DNA of 64,000 bases from Balanoglossus misakiensis (taxonomy: Eukaryota > Animalia > Hemichordata): contig CM082583.2 of assembly GCA_040954595.2 (NCBI GenBank), positions 3,729,060 to 3,793,059 on the forward strand, read 5' to 3'. How positions within the stretch are numbered: the first letter of the stretch is position 1; the number at the start of each line of letters is the position of its first letter. The notes beneath the pieces were generated by a model. The model was not told the origin of the DNA, did no database searches, and saw nothing but the letters and a program-made list of their open reading frames with translations. Of the stretch, positions 24,845 to 38,973 are shown in pieces. The position numbers and the translations under genes are program-made.

Positions 24845-27800
24845 ATGGCGGAAACGTCGGAGATGAAGGTGAAAATTCTTTTCGTAACGCTTACTATTAC
24901 CATGTTTCGTCATATATTGAACCATGAACGTTCATATTGAATCTCTCCTTGAAGATGGGCTCACATGTTCTCAGAGAAATCACACAATTTTTTAAAATGT
25001 CCTCCGTGTGGTGTCCGACGTCATGCGCCCGACCTCATCGCATCGCAGGGCTTGTGAATTTGAGCGCGATATGTTGTTACAATTTACATTTACAGTTGGT
25101 GGGGAAATGAAACGTTTCTCCATTGGTGTAAATATCTTCGTGTTTTGAACTGTGTTAGATGTTTGGTTTAAGATTTAGTTGTTTAATTAATGGTCGTGAC
25201 GTCAATGATATAAAAATGGAAAATACACCATCTTGTGTACAACACATGTACTGTATGCAATAGGCCACTGCATTATATAATGGCGAACTGCACCCGGAAA
25301 TTGTTTTATCGCGATGCGTTTTCTGGAAGTTGTATAACTTGCTAAACATTCACAAATCATGGCTTGGATAATAAATTACCTGCCATTTTGACTTTATGTC
25401 TGTTAGGTCTATATTTACGGATACTGTTATTTAATACTACATCTGAATATTTTTATGTTCAGAATTGTCTGTTTGATAGACATGGGGCAGTGTGTTGGAG
25501 TATGGTTAATGCATTTCAGTTACATTGTGTGATACCCAGTGCGAAAAATAGTCTGTTCAACGATGATTTCTTTTCCACGTTTGAAAATTAATCAAGATGC
25601 AAACGAATACAGAATACATTAGGTCTTGACGTAAGCAAAACTTAATTAGTGTGTCTAACTTATGTTCAAGCACAAGTGATACTGTTATTTAATTTAATTA
25701 ATACAGTCTTACAGAAGAGTTTTGCATATATCCCATAGAAGATAAAGTTGTCAGTTTTTATTACTGTTACATTGTGAGAACGTACACTACATGTTAATTC
25801 AAGTATATGAAGTTTTAAATCTAACATCAAAACTGGCTGTATACCGAATAGTATATCCAAGCACTTGACTTGCTCGCCCCACATGTATGAGACAACAAAT
25901 ACTCTGGTTAACTTATCAATTTTTTTATCTAGGTAAATGCGGGACGCAGCAGAAATTTCACAATTTTTATGTGATTTATTGTATTGATAGCAGTTGTAGG
26001 AAATTCTTGTTGAAAAAGTCGACTTACCATCAAAATGCTCTTGTTAATTCTTCTTAGTTTATTTGTTATCATTTTTGGAAATGAAAACAAATGTGATCTG
26101 GTGCAGCATCTGGCCAATCTTTTCAAAAAGGGTTTCTGGAAATGTGCATGGTTTTTTGAGATTTCTCACTGTCTCTAAGATGAGAAATGTGACTTGAAAA
26201 AATTCTACAGGTAATAATGCAGTAACACCAGCTTATTTATCTGCCGTCAGACACACTTTTCCATAGAAACAATAATATGTTGGCTATTTCAAGGACGTCA
26301 AGCATAAAAAAGTAAACAGTCCTCCAATGGCAGCTTTAGTTTTGCAGATATCAAAATGTCCTACAATGTATATCTTTTATTGCTGTACAGGCTACCATGT
26401 GAAGCTCGCATGGATGACACTTATTTTTAGGTGGCCCCATTTGAAACAATAATATGTTGGCTATTTCAAGGACGTCAAGCATAAAAAAGTAAACAGTCCT
26501 CCAATGGCAGCTTTAGTTTTGCAGATATCAAAATGTCCTACAATGTATATCTTTTATTGCTGTACAGGCTACCATGTGAAGCTCGCATGGATGACACTTA
26601 TTTTTAGGTGGCCCCATTTGGTATCTGTATATACCATGGGACCTTAATACACCATGGAGTCAGTTGTGTTTGTGTATATGTATGGATGTTTGTCCTGAAT
26701 GTTTTTAGTTGGAATATAAACATGCATTGCAAATTGTTTTGGTAAAAATATGCTGGATATTAAAAACTCTTTATTTTCTTTCTTTTTTACAGCACATGGT
26801 GATGAGTTTTCGGGTATCGGAGCTTCAAGTATTGCTGGGATTTGCTGGAAAGAACAAGAGTGGTCGCAAACATGAACTTCAAGCAAGAGCACTTCATTTG
26901 CTCAAGCATGGATGTAGTACACCGGTGCAAATCAAAATAAAAGACTTGTATAGGAGGAGATTTCCACGCAAAGTACACTTAGTGAATCCAACACCACCCC
27001 CTCCTCCACTTTCGTCAACAAACTCGCAGTATTCATCAAACAGTTTGGCAAATTACAGAATTCCCTCATCTACTCCAAGTCATGTACCTTTGTTAAGCAG
27101 TAGTTCAACAATATCACAACATAATGGACTGCCAATACATCCTGATGTAAAACTGAAACATTTACCGTTTTATGATGTTGTAGATGAATTAATTAAACCA
27201 ACAAGTTTAGGTAAGTATCAAGTTCAGTATGAAAAAAAGATTCCTGCTTGAGTCTATTCAACTACACAGTAAAGGCATTAATTTTCACAGATATTAATTA
27301 TTTCACTGTGTTGATGTTTGGGGCATATTATTTAATTAGATTTTAAATTCACAGATTTGGCTATAGTCTGAACATTTTCACTGGAATTTAATTCAGTGGA
27401 TTTTATTAAAACCCTGTAAAACATGAATTCTTTTACAGTGTGCATGTGCTAGTTTAGTTTATCACTGTAGTAAACCAGCGAGTCTCAGTCCTGTTGGCAG
27501 TGGGGACTTTTGCTATTTTGAACATAATATTCAGACGATCCAACGTAATATCCAGAAATCCTTGTTCTATTTTCAAAAATGAATATCGTACCTTACTCAA
27601 TTGTCCAGAAAAGCAGGTACTGGAAAGAAAGGCGTTAGCAATCGTATCACAAATCATTATTCAGAATCATGATCACACATTCAACAAAAGACTAGACTGC
27701 ACAAACTGCAATCAGTAAGGAATTCTCAGCAAACTTTATTAAGCCCAACTTTTATTATCATTCTGTCTTATTCGCTTAATCATGAATATTAGTCATATAA

Positions 27801-30800
27801 CAAAAATTACAAAATTCTAATTTTCAAGATAGCCCCCAAAGTTGAAGCCCATGGGCCAAAATGCCCCCAACCCTCTGATCCTTGATCCCTGTGTTGTGAT
27901 GTCACTTCACAGTTTGTTTATTCCAACATGTTTCTAACAGCAAATGACAACACAGTTTGTCTTGGGTTTACCATGATGACATACATGCATGTCTATTTGT
28001 GGCATGATTAATCCATTCTTGGTACAAGAAAATCACTTTGTTGTCAATGTGATTTCATTCATATGTGAAGTGAAGCCATTTTGCAGACATGTGTGAACAT
28101 AGTGTATTAATTAATTCAACATGGTACAGTTGTATTAGCACAATGTACTGTGATGTACATGTGCTTAATGATTTGTGTCTTGATATGATCCAATATATGT
28201 CTGAAACTAAATATATTTCAACTTTGGTTGAATTTGTGCACGTACATGCACATGGCACATTATACAGGCTAATACTTTGTGAGAAACATTGTCAGAGCCA
28301 TTTTGCACACTTACCATGATTTCTTTCATTCTTGAAGTGATCCAGTGGACACTCATCAACAATGTTGAATTTCATAATTTATTCTGTGTTCATTCTAACA
28401 AAAGTACAGGTATCAGAATGATTTTTATTATCTCAATTACACCTTAGTAAATGTATTTCTCTTTTGCAGTTCCAAGGGGTAGCTCAAAATTCCAAGAAAC
28501 ATACTTTGTATTCCATCTTAGTCCATTACAAGTTTCACAGATTTCATCAGAAAGGGATATTAGGCAGTCAGCAAGAGTAGAATATCCAGTACAGGTGCAA
28601 ATCAGGTTTGTAAGAACATTTTGTCTTTCTCCTTACCTACGTCTGAAATAATTGTCTCAAGACGTTGTGCTTTACAATCTGATTAAGAATTCTAATTCCA
28701 TGTGGGTTTGCTGTGGGTTAGTCAAGGTAATGTCACTTGACAACTTGTCTGACATCATTAACATATAATAATACAGGCTACACAGGGTTACATGTACAAT
28801 ACATGTAACTTAGGTCAGGCAGTATGCAAGGTTGATTCTGATTGGCCAGTTTGTCAGTTCACAAGCCTAACATACAGTAGGCACATCAATGCTGTAATCA
28901 TTATCTACATGTACGAGGATGGGTCATCTGAGGCACTGCACACAACCCCACTTACCAGAGAGCACTTTTGGTAAAAACATTGCATGTGTAAATGTAAGTC
29001 TGACTAGGTTCCCCATGATAATGTATATCAATGCATGTTGGTGGTCGCAAAAGTGATTATAGTTCCCAAATCATTTATGAGTGTTCTCAATCTTTCCTGC
29101 AGACACTGCCAGCACTAGCAAATTGTCCATATTTTTATAATTGTTAAAATTATGTGTAATTCTCCCATCATAATTCATTCAGAGCTACATTTTATAGTCT
29201 TACACCCATCATCATCAAACAGTTAAAACAAAAGTCCTGTAGAAGTGGTTGTCTGGTTTAGTTCTTTAACATCATTTGTTTATATCCATTCAATTATATT
29301 CATTATCAGTCACTTTCAAAACACACGACAACAACAGCAGCACCGTAATTATTGATCTTCTCTCATGCACTTGGTTCAAGTCAGCTTTGAACAGAAAAGT
29401 GTGTACTTGTCTGCTGGCTTGTTTAGAACACCAACAAAATACAAAGGAAAAGAATCTTATCATTTTAAAAGCCAACACTGTAGAAGTGAATCATCTGCTG
29501 CTGATACCTTCATATGGTAACTTCCAACATTGTGCATTTTCACCATGACTCGCAATTCTGTTGATTTAGGGATACCTAAATCCCATCATTATTTTGTGCT
29601 CAATGGTTTTTGAGTGTGAATTATGCCAATGTTATGTTAACATGTATATACATTTATATAATTATATCTCCCACTTCTGTTTTTGTAGGTTTTGTTTGGC
29701 AGAAACCAGCTGTGAACAAGACGACCATTTTCCACCCAATCTGTGTGTCAAAGTCAATGGTAAAATGTGCACGCTACCTGTAAGTATTGTCTGGTAGGGA
29801 GTTGGTCATTTTTCTAAATATAAAAAATACACAAAGCGCTAATAGCTGCCACTTGTAACATATTCTTACTCGATAAAATTCTTTTTTGAAATGGTAATAT
29901 TTTTCCTTACTTTATGCCAGGACATACATGTATCCTCTTTATTCTGTTTTAGCTGATGTCCCCATGTGCTAGAATGCATCATGTAGTCTTATGTTTTTTT
30001 TCCTGAAACTTTGCTCTAGGTGTAATCACTTTGCTCTAGGTGTCCACAGCAATAGATAAGGTGGACAGTACCATGCATGTGTATCTTGCAATAGATTTAC
30101 TATTTGCTAGAATTTAAAACATCTTCAGTGACTAATAGTGGTTGTATAGTGACAAATCAATGCAGTGTGTAGGCATGATAATTGGTGTTTTGACCCCCCC
30201 CCAAAAAAAAAACAAAAAAACAAAACAGTTTCCATATCATTTGTGTATTTGTTGGTTTATCAGGGTTTTCTACCTCAAACAAAGTCAGGACAGGAGCCGA
30301 AAAGACCAAGTCGGGCGATCAACGTCACAACAATAACAAGGCTGTCACCAACAGTGCCAAATCATGTTTATGTTTCGTGGGCATCGGAATATGGCAGGGT
30401 ATGTTAAAATTTGCATAAGATACTGTTGCCATTGATTGTAAAAAAAAAAGCAAAATTATGAGCTTTATTTGCATAGAAATTTTTCTAAAACATGATCCTG
30501 AATATAGTTAAAATATATAATGAAAGTGTTTGGATATTGATGCTCAACTTCATGCAGATGTCACTTTTAAGAACATGTTTACAACCAATGTTCATGCAGT
30601 TGTATGTTTAAAATTAAATGATGCCAAATGTGACGAAAAATGTGAAAACATTGTATAAATATTGTTGTCTTACACATTTGTCAACAATGTGCATTTTCAG
30701 GGTTATGCGATAGCTGTCAGGCTTGTAAAACAACTTACAGCAGATTGTTTGCTGCAAAGGTTAAAGAGTAAAGGTATCCGCAACAGTGACCATTCTAGGG

Positions 30801-33800
30801 CCATGAGTAAGTAGTTTTACAACACACACACCACTCTTTACTTATCATAGGCGTGCACTTGACCCACCAATGTTTGTATAGTGGAAATATGCCAAACTTG
30901 TAGGCTATTGCTAAGGATGACAGTGGGACAATTGTTATGCCTTATGCTGGTTACAAAGGAAACCGTTGTTACCATCACATAAAATGCCACGTAACTTCCT
31001 TTTTCTGTGCATTACACATGTTCGATAATAGACCTCATGAATTGTGGTATTTGCATGAATAATACTGCATGTACAGTATTCTTTTAGTCATGGGATTCTA
31101 TTATGATTGGTGAAGCAAGCTTTGTTACAGCTCCATTATAATTTATATACAACTTTGGATTATTCTTTCCATTATTTTTTTCATTGTAAATTGTATCAAC
31201 TGCTACACGTACCAGTCATTGTAATGATGCACATTATGAAACAAAATCGATTGTTGCTTCAGAAATCATTCGTATAAATTATTGTCTCTGTCAACGTTTG
31301 AATTTCAGTTAAAGAGAAGTTATCACAAGATCCAGAGAGTGAAATAGCCACCACGAGTTTACGGGTTTCATTGATGTGTCCACTTGGTAAGATGAGGATT
31401 TCAATTTCCTGCCGATCGCTCATGTGTACCCATATTCAGTGTTTTGATGCATCGTTGTATCTTCAAATGAATGAAAAGTAAGTTGAACTTGTTTTACATT
31501 TAGAATTTGTCTATTCTGGTTTTGAATTTCTCAAAGTCTCCTGTCAGTCAGTCTAGTGTTTGCAATAGCTGTCAAATTGTTCAATGACGTAATTCAGAAG
31601 AAAAGTTGTTCATGGCACAAAAATAAGGTTAGGGTGTATATTATGATTGCTTTCGAAGTTGTCATTGGATCAAATGTTAGATAATGCAGTTAGCAATTTC
31701 CATATGCCGCTTAAGCTAGCGATAAACGCTAGACAGACCGTTAAAATGACACTAAAACATTTGATATCTGTTGGCTATTAATATTTGATGTAGATTTAAT
31801 ATTTTTAGTATTTACCATCTTGTGCCGCTGTGATTGTCACCGACAACTTTTGTAACATCTTCTGTTGAAGTTTAAAAGAGATTAACTGCTGTGTTTTCTC
31901 GATCATCTATGGCCAAGATGCAAAATCTCCCACAATGCTATTGTGTGAAAAAGTCTGGCTCTGACGTTTAATTGGAGGTACAAAAGAATCCTGGGGAGAT
32001 CCCTGGTGGTGAATGTCTTGCTTGTACAATCCTCTGGAAGTGTTTTTCAATGTAATTTATCTTACTATGGTATTTATTCATAGGAAACCAACATGGATAT
32101 GTCCTGTTTGTGACAAGAAAGCACCATTTGATAGCTTAGTGATAGATGGGTAAGTGTTGTTAATTGATTTTGGATACTTCTGTCTGGAGCCATTACCATT
32201 CTGAAACATGCTGGAACCAAATTTCTTCAATCTTGGAATAGTACAAGGACAATTTACCAAGACGTACACGTCAACATTTATTTATTTCACTGTATGATAA
32301 AATATGACCATTGCATGATCATTTTTTTATATTCATACATAGCACTGCCCATATATATTTCATTCAAATTTATTTAAAAAGGATAATCTTCCATGACATA
32401 CATAAGCACATCAGTTTGAGTCATGATATAGTCAAACATGATTGCAGGATGATCATTGCTCACTCTCGACATTGGCTCCAAAGTCATCACAGTTGGGATA
32501 AGTAAGGGCCTTGATTGGTATAAAAAGTGGGTGCCAACGCGGTGCTTTAAGATGGGTCCCTAGGATCTTTTTGCCCGTTGCTATGGGCCTTTATAGGACA
32601 CTACACTCAATTTTGATCGAAACCGTTATGAACGTCCGACAAGGGGCTTGTAACTAGTTAAAAATACACACGATTGTGTGCACACCCCCTGTCTGAGTAT
32701 GTTTACGGCAGCTACCGCCCGGCCATAGGCCGCCACGCTAATACGGCAAAGCAGCGGTCAGCGATAGCGTGCGCGTCCTGTAACCACAGTAACTGGATCG
32801 AACGCTAAAAATCCAATGTTTTGTACACAGAGATTTTGTACCGTTCACGAAAATCCCTAAGGCTTTTTTCACAGGCGACGTAGGCCAGCCAAATTTGACC
32901 TGCTTGTTGAGAACGCACTTCCGCATAGTGTGACGGATCGTTTTTTCGGTTTTCGTCGTGCTAAGAAGCGATACCAGTGGAAGAGTGCGTCCAAAAACAC
33001 CCAAAATCGATGACTTTTTCAGGTGTGGTACGGGTATGCTGAAATCGTAGGATACAACGATAATATTCGAAAACAAAATCCGTCACGATCTTCCCTGGTT
33101 CAAGCAACTAATGAATACGTATCAAGTTCGTTTTTGAGGTCACGGAATAAAAAGCCTTAGGCTTTTGAAATTTGACCTAGCTAATTTGCATATCAATGGC
33201 GTCAGGGGGCGCGCGCTCACAATCGTGCGTATTTTTAACTAGTTACCAGCCCCTTGTTAGACTCTGAAAACGGCTTAGTCCAAATCGGGGTGTAATGTCC
33301 TATAAAGGCCCATAGCAACGGGCAAAAAGATCCTAGGGACCCATCTTAAGGATTAATCTATCGATCCAGAAGGGCCTTGAGTCATTGACAGTAACATTTA
33401 AATCCTGCTACATGTTTGACATTTTTCAAGAGGTTGTACTGCAGATTATTGTATTTATTTTGAGTTGTAGTAATATTGAATGACGATTGCAAATGTTTTC
33501 TTTATTTTCCCGGCAGGTTATTTACTGAAATACTGGCCACTTCACCAAAGTCGGATGAGATTCAGTTTGCTCAGGATGGATCATGGTCAGTGTTGACAAA
33601 TGAAAAAGAGGCAGCAATCATTGGAAGTCCTATGGATAAATGCAAGTCGAAAAACTATTCAGGTAAGCAATTAATTTACAACAAGTACAGGCTTGTGTGT
33701 CTCATTCACTACTTTGATACGAGTTGTTTTGTATTTTGTAAGTGGTGAAAGGAATTTTGAGGTATTTCTCATCGCCAGTCAATGTATAGTCAACTTTGAA

Positions 33801-36800
33801 GATCACCTGTTTGATATCTGGCCCTGAATTCAAAATAACCATCTGCCCCCAGCAGTCAGCACCTATTGGAATTATGAATTTGAGTAGAGACCTTCAGCTG
33901 GGAAACATGGCTGAATAGATGATTTTCTACCATATCAATTTGTTGCTAGCCAAGAACAGTAAATCCAAGAATGTTATAATGAAAGACTGAAAGGGAATTC
34001 ATCCATAAGGTGATATATTTATGATTTGTATCCACAGACAACAGAGACTCCAAATCCAAATCCAAGGTGACAATGATTGATCTGACACTGGACAGCTCTG
34101 ATGATGAAGAGGATAATGCCGAGTCAACATACACAGCTAAGAACGGGTGTGTTTCACCGCCAATAATAACAATAGATAATACACCACCTCATTCAATGTC
34201 AGCCCCTTTATCATTGCTCTCCTCCACTTCGCACACTACATCCAACTCATCCCCGTCATCGCTCTCAGCCAAGTCATGTTCACCCCACTCTAGTTCCTAC
34301 ACCATCTCTCCGCCACCACCCTCACCACATTACCAAAGTTCCTCTCACAGAACATCACCAATAAACCTCTCATCGTCTTCAGTCACCTCCAACAGAATAC
34401 CCTCATTTTTGTCTCGCCCACCGCCTTACCCTCCACCTTTGCCTCCCTTATCCAGTGAAGATTTACCCACAGAGGAAGAGTTTGAAGAATTTCTTGGTTG
34501 GTTAGGTGATAGACGGTACCGTCCCGATTACCTATTTACCCATGAAGATTTCATGTAGACAAAATGCCAGGTTTTGAAGTGATGGGCTGTGAACTGTGCT
34601 TTCCATGAACACAAATGAGAACAGAGGACAAACATTCTGCGCCTTGTAATATATCTGAATCATGCATGTTTGCAGCACTCTTTTTTTTTCACATCCACTA
34701 AAAGCTTGGCTGCTGTTATGATTCAGAATTCCACAATCTAATCAATCACAATTTGTGTTAACAAGCGAGGCTTATCTTAAGCAGCAATCCTGAAATACTT
34801 AATTGCTGTACATCTGGTCACCCCATTGCCTTCGTCATGTAGCTTTATTGCCATTTATGTTAACTGCCACATGGAATTCATAGTTTTATACCTGAATGTT
34901 CGGAGAATTTCGGGAGATTATAATTTTTTCGTGTACAGAAATGCAATTTCTTCGACAGATTTGGTGCAAAGTTTTGTGAGGTTGCCACTTTATATTCTGA
35001 GTTTCAACAACGCAATACCATTGAGCGATTATTCTTGACTTTTTATATTTGCAACTGTTGTTTTCTGTACCAATACTTCTGTATTACCAGAAAATTGGAT
35101 TTGATAAATTTTAGACTCCCGCAATGTAAATAGTTCTGTAAAGTGGAAGCAGAGAATTTTTCTTATTACTCCTTTTGCGTTATCAATTTAAAAGCATGTT
35201 TTTTCCTTTTGTTATATGTATATTTCACCACACCATATTTTATGTGTGCCCTGTTTTGTCTGATATTGTATTTTTCTTTACCAGTGTTGTCTTTGAAAAA
35301 ACCAAAAATAATACTTTAAAAGAGAAATTAAATATATATAAATTTAAAATCAAGTTAATGTGTGTATGTTCTTCTGTTCGTCCAATTTTGTCTTCTGCCT
35401 GGGGCAAATTTTAGAAATCAGAAAGACAGAACAGGGTACACAATACTTAAAGCCCGGTCTCCCCTGTATAAGCATCTAACTTCTTACTCCAAGAAAACAA
35501 AAATATCTCCTGCCTTAATGAATGCCTGCAATCTTGCTGCATCTAGCCCTGTTCAAAATAACATGATTAGCTGACTGGGATATGTCATATTAAACATTGC
35601 ATTTCACCCTTACATTCCATGCTGTCAAATGATAATTCCAAGCAAAGTTTCATGCAGCTATGCACCTCAAAAATCTTTCGTAAAGTTTTCCCTTATTATT
35701 CTCTCAATATTGATAGTAAACCAGAGGAGTTGTCATGCAGAAATTTGAATAAGTGAGTGTGAACTCTGATTTTTATGAAAGGATGTGGGTTCAAGAAAAC
35801 CCTATCATAGCAAAGAATTGAAAGGTTTGCGGGACTTTTTGTCTGAAAATCTCTCCCCAAGTATTGGCAAGGGTGCAATAAATGATTAAAAAAAAAGCTC
35901 CAACCAGGCAGGTGACATGTATCCACATTAGATGATTTTTTTCCACCGATGTATCATTTCAAATTCAACAAAACGTTTCCTTCCCTGGGCAGCTTTTTTA
36001 TTTGTTTCTCATATTTCTTAAAAATTGATGAAAAAAATAAAATTTGAACATCTACATGAGCAAAAACACGTCAAAAATTCAGCAATTTCGTGGTATAAAG
36101 TCAGAAATACCACTCGTTTGCAACTCTCATCGCAACCTGGCTTGGAGTGTAAATAAATTGCAAGACTCACTGATTGTTGCAACAAGGTGTATCATTCACA
36201 TTCACTTTCAAAACTGAAACAATGGTGGGGCGAATTTGGCAGGAAAAAATTGTAAATTTAGTTGGCATAAGAGTATAGACTGAACTTCAATACATGTGGC
36301 AAAAGCAGTGCATCTGAAATAATGGTGAAGAAGAACAAGTACCGGTAGGGCTCTACAGTTGTATCAGCCAATATACTGTATATCAGCTGATTTCTTTCAA
36401 ACCGTGTGGAAGCTCAAACAAATGCAACTGATTCATGTACGTGTGCGTGCCACTTACTTTTATAATCAAGGCATCCTGGCCTAGTGGCGAGGGCCCTGGT
36501 ACCAAATAAACAATCAGAGGGTTGTATGTTCAAGACCCGGACACGGCCGTGGATTTTCTATGTGAGGATGGCCGCAATGTTGTGCCCTTGAGCAAGGCAC
36601 CTGGGAGTGGTCACTGGGTACCCAGAATCCTGTAAGCGGGGATTTACCAGTTGGATGATGGATGAAATAAAATAATCTAAAATATTTGCCATGTAATTTA
36701 TTTAAGGACCAAGCCATAATACAAATCTTTGTGTTTATTGATTCCTTTTGACTATGGAAAGGATACAGTATTGTGCTTTGGACAATAATCCATTAATTTG

Positions 36801-38744
36801 GTTTACAGTGTAAAGGTTGCCACCAGTTATTAACGACCCAATGTATAGTTGTTCATGTCCATAACAATAGGCATATCTCTCAACATGATTATTTCAAAAC
36901 TGGCAAAGAGAAAATATACCACATTTCCAAGTTATTACCATTAGTCAGTCAATTATTTACTTTCGATATTTCAATCATTAGGAAAATTGATTGACATAAA
37001 TCATCACAGAATCCTTCAGTCGATAAAACTTATGTTTTTGATATAATAAGTTTCTAATTCCTTCCTGGGGATAATTTCATAGGGCATTAAATAGTAGTGA
37101 AAGGGTTGAAAATTGTCAATCATATTCTGAGAGATTCAAAGTGTGCACGCTTGTATATAGTTATGGACAGTTGTAATCAACTCTTGTGAACATTAATTGC
37201 ATGCAAAACTGAAAATTTATTGGGTCTGAAAATTCTGGAAAGTTACCCAAGGGGCATGAGCTTGTGCAAGCTATACGCTCATAATTTTTGCAGCTGAATT
37301 AAATTATTAAGGGAAGTAAAGATGAAAACAGCAGCTAATAATCTAATTGTGGCAGACAATTTCTGTGTTGAAATATAGGAGTGGGTATAATTTGTTTTTC
37401 TGTGAATAACAGAAACAGCCAAAATTTATCAGTTAATTTGTTATAATTTCAGGTTATTCCCTCTGTCACCAACATCTCCACTGACACCAGCATACTCCAG
37501 CACTACAACAGTGACAAGCAGTCGACCAAGCAGTATTTCTTCCATTGATCTGCCACCAATGTTGATACCACCACTACCAACAATTCCACCAATAGGAGGG
37601 GATTTCCTGGATCCTTTCTATCATCTATTACCTCCTGCAAGTCTGCCAAGAGGACACCACGACATTGATGGCAAGTGAAATTATTCAATCTTTCTTTTAA
37701 CTAACTGAGTTTATTACAGTAACTATTTTATATCTCTGTTATGTTATGTGATGTGATATGAGACTGTTTTTGGGGTGTTTTTTTCACTTATGAAAACGCG
37801 TTTTGATTTGTGGCAATCCATGTTCACATAGTTTATACATTATTAAAAGTAATGTTTTAACTATCAATATCTGATTTTGATTATGGCATCTGGTCTCTAC
37901 AAAATATGAGAACTTTGTAGCAGCTTTAAGTTTGATGACTAGTATGGCGTTAAAATTAAAGGGACAAAGTCTCTCTCTCGCTGCCCTTTTTTCCATTAAT
38001 TATATTTGATACAAGACACCGTTTGTTATTCTACATGTGGATATATAGTGAATGAACGTTCAACCTTACACAACTTCCATCCCTCTTATAGACAGAAGAG
38101 TGAAAAAAATCGCCAAAATGAATAATCGTTCTTTACCATTTATTCATTTTGGGCAAGTTTTTACTCTCATATCATACAAGTAGGATGGAAGTTTTGTGTG
38201 GTTGATCATTGATTCACTATATATCCACATGTACATTAACATAATCAGTGTCTTGTATCAAACATAATTAATGGAAAAGGGGCAGTTGGTGAGAGACAGT
38301 CTTTGTCTCTTTAACAGTGTAGGTATCATGCATCTTTAGCTTAATAATTAAGCTGCTATATGATATACTGTTATATTTTAATTTCTTATCAGGAGTGGAT
38401 TTGCTGTCTCTTCTCCACACAGATTCTCCACCAGTAAGTGTTAAATATCTTATATGCATGAATACATGTATCAGAATAATTAAATTAAATTCAAATAGAT
38501 TATATAACTACAGCAAAATATTCATTTCAATGAAATAAGGCCAATTTTTATACGACTGTACCTTGTGAAATTGTTGTCATAGAAACTGAACCCTAAGAGT
38601 ACCCTGACAGGTAATTTTCTAGTTCCTTTACCTGTGTCTCTGTCTAATTCCTTTTTCTAACTCTTTATTTTGCAGCTACCAGTACTAAATGCGAACGACA
38701 TCATTAGTGGGACAGGCAATATGGATATCATCCCATTAGATTGA
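24845..38744 (+). CDS. PIAS: E3 SUMO-protein ligase PIAS (PIAS1/2/3 co-orthologue), long isoform
   Basis: Exons 24845-24868 (MAETSEMK), 26793-27210 (SAP: [19 protein letters not shown]; [13 protein letters not shown]), 28470-28605, 29689-29779, 30264-30398, 30701-30806, 31309-31477 and 32084-32149 (SP-RING: [11 protein letters not shown]...CTHIQCFDA...WICPVC), 33517-33662, 34038-34146 (SIM: [14 protein letters not shown]), 37453-37670, 38393-38433, 38676-38744 (ends DIIPLD*). Confidence 0.93.
26266..26619. repeat. Perfect 177-bp tandem duplication (2 copies) in PIAS intron 1
   Basis: 26266-26442 and 26443-26619 read identical (gaaacaataatatgttggc...ggtggccccattt). Confidence 0.95.
32551..33345. 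mobile_element. 795-bp non-autonomous DNA transposon with long TIRs and TTAA TSD (Kolobok-like)
   Basis: TTAA at 32547-32550 and 33346-33349; 50-bp perfect TIR gatgggtccctaggatctttttgcccgttgctatgggcctttataggaca, extending imperfectly to about 140 bp; CpG-rich interior; no transposase ORF. Confidence 0.92.
34038..34558 (+). CDS. PIAS: PIAS alternative extended terminal exon (short isoform, S/P-rich C-terminus)
   Basis: The frame stays open about 410 nt past the weak donor GG|GTGTGT at 34146, encoding SPPIITID...[10 protein letters not shown]...[28 protein letters not shown]. Confidence 0.7.
36470..36672 (+). mobile_element. tRNA-derived SINE with CORE-like segment
   Basis: A box TGGCCTAGTGG (36477-36487), B box GTTCAAGACC (36528-36537), CORE-like tgtgcccttgagcaaggcac (about 36581-36600), A/T-rich tail. 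Confidence 0.7.
37960..38310. mobile_element. Foldback MITE family B with TTAA TSD (Kolobok-like)
   Basis: ttaa|agggacaaagtctctc ... gagagacagtctttgtctct|ttaa; the element is largely an imperfect palindrome centred near 38125; a half-copy lies at about 62475-62681. Confidence 0.85.
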
Positions 38745-38973
38745 CAACTAGCATCCCAACCAGTGACGTCAGAAATAAACAGGATTTCTTGGCGCTCTGG
38801 TTCAGTTTGACATACATGTTTGTATGTGTGGATTTAAGATGGAGATTCTTCTTTGATATGAAGCATCAGTGGCAAGTGCTTTGACTGAGAGGGTGGTGCA
38901 GCCACATGCAGCCTCTCCAGTCATGACCACAAGAGGGAGTAGTAGAGAGATCACTCTATTTACATTGAAGACC

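Noticed and set aside
32738-33076. 112-aa ORF inside the long-TIR element as a transposase
   Set aside because: Short, with no DDE, THAP or zinc-finger motifs
36470-36560. Possible tRNA gene
   Set aside because: Has A and B boxes but no clean cloverleaf, and continues into a CORE-like body; better read as a SINE
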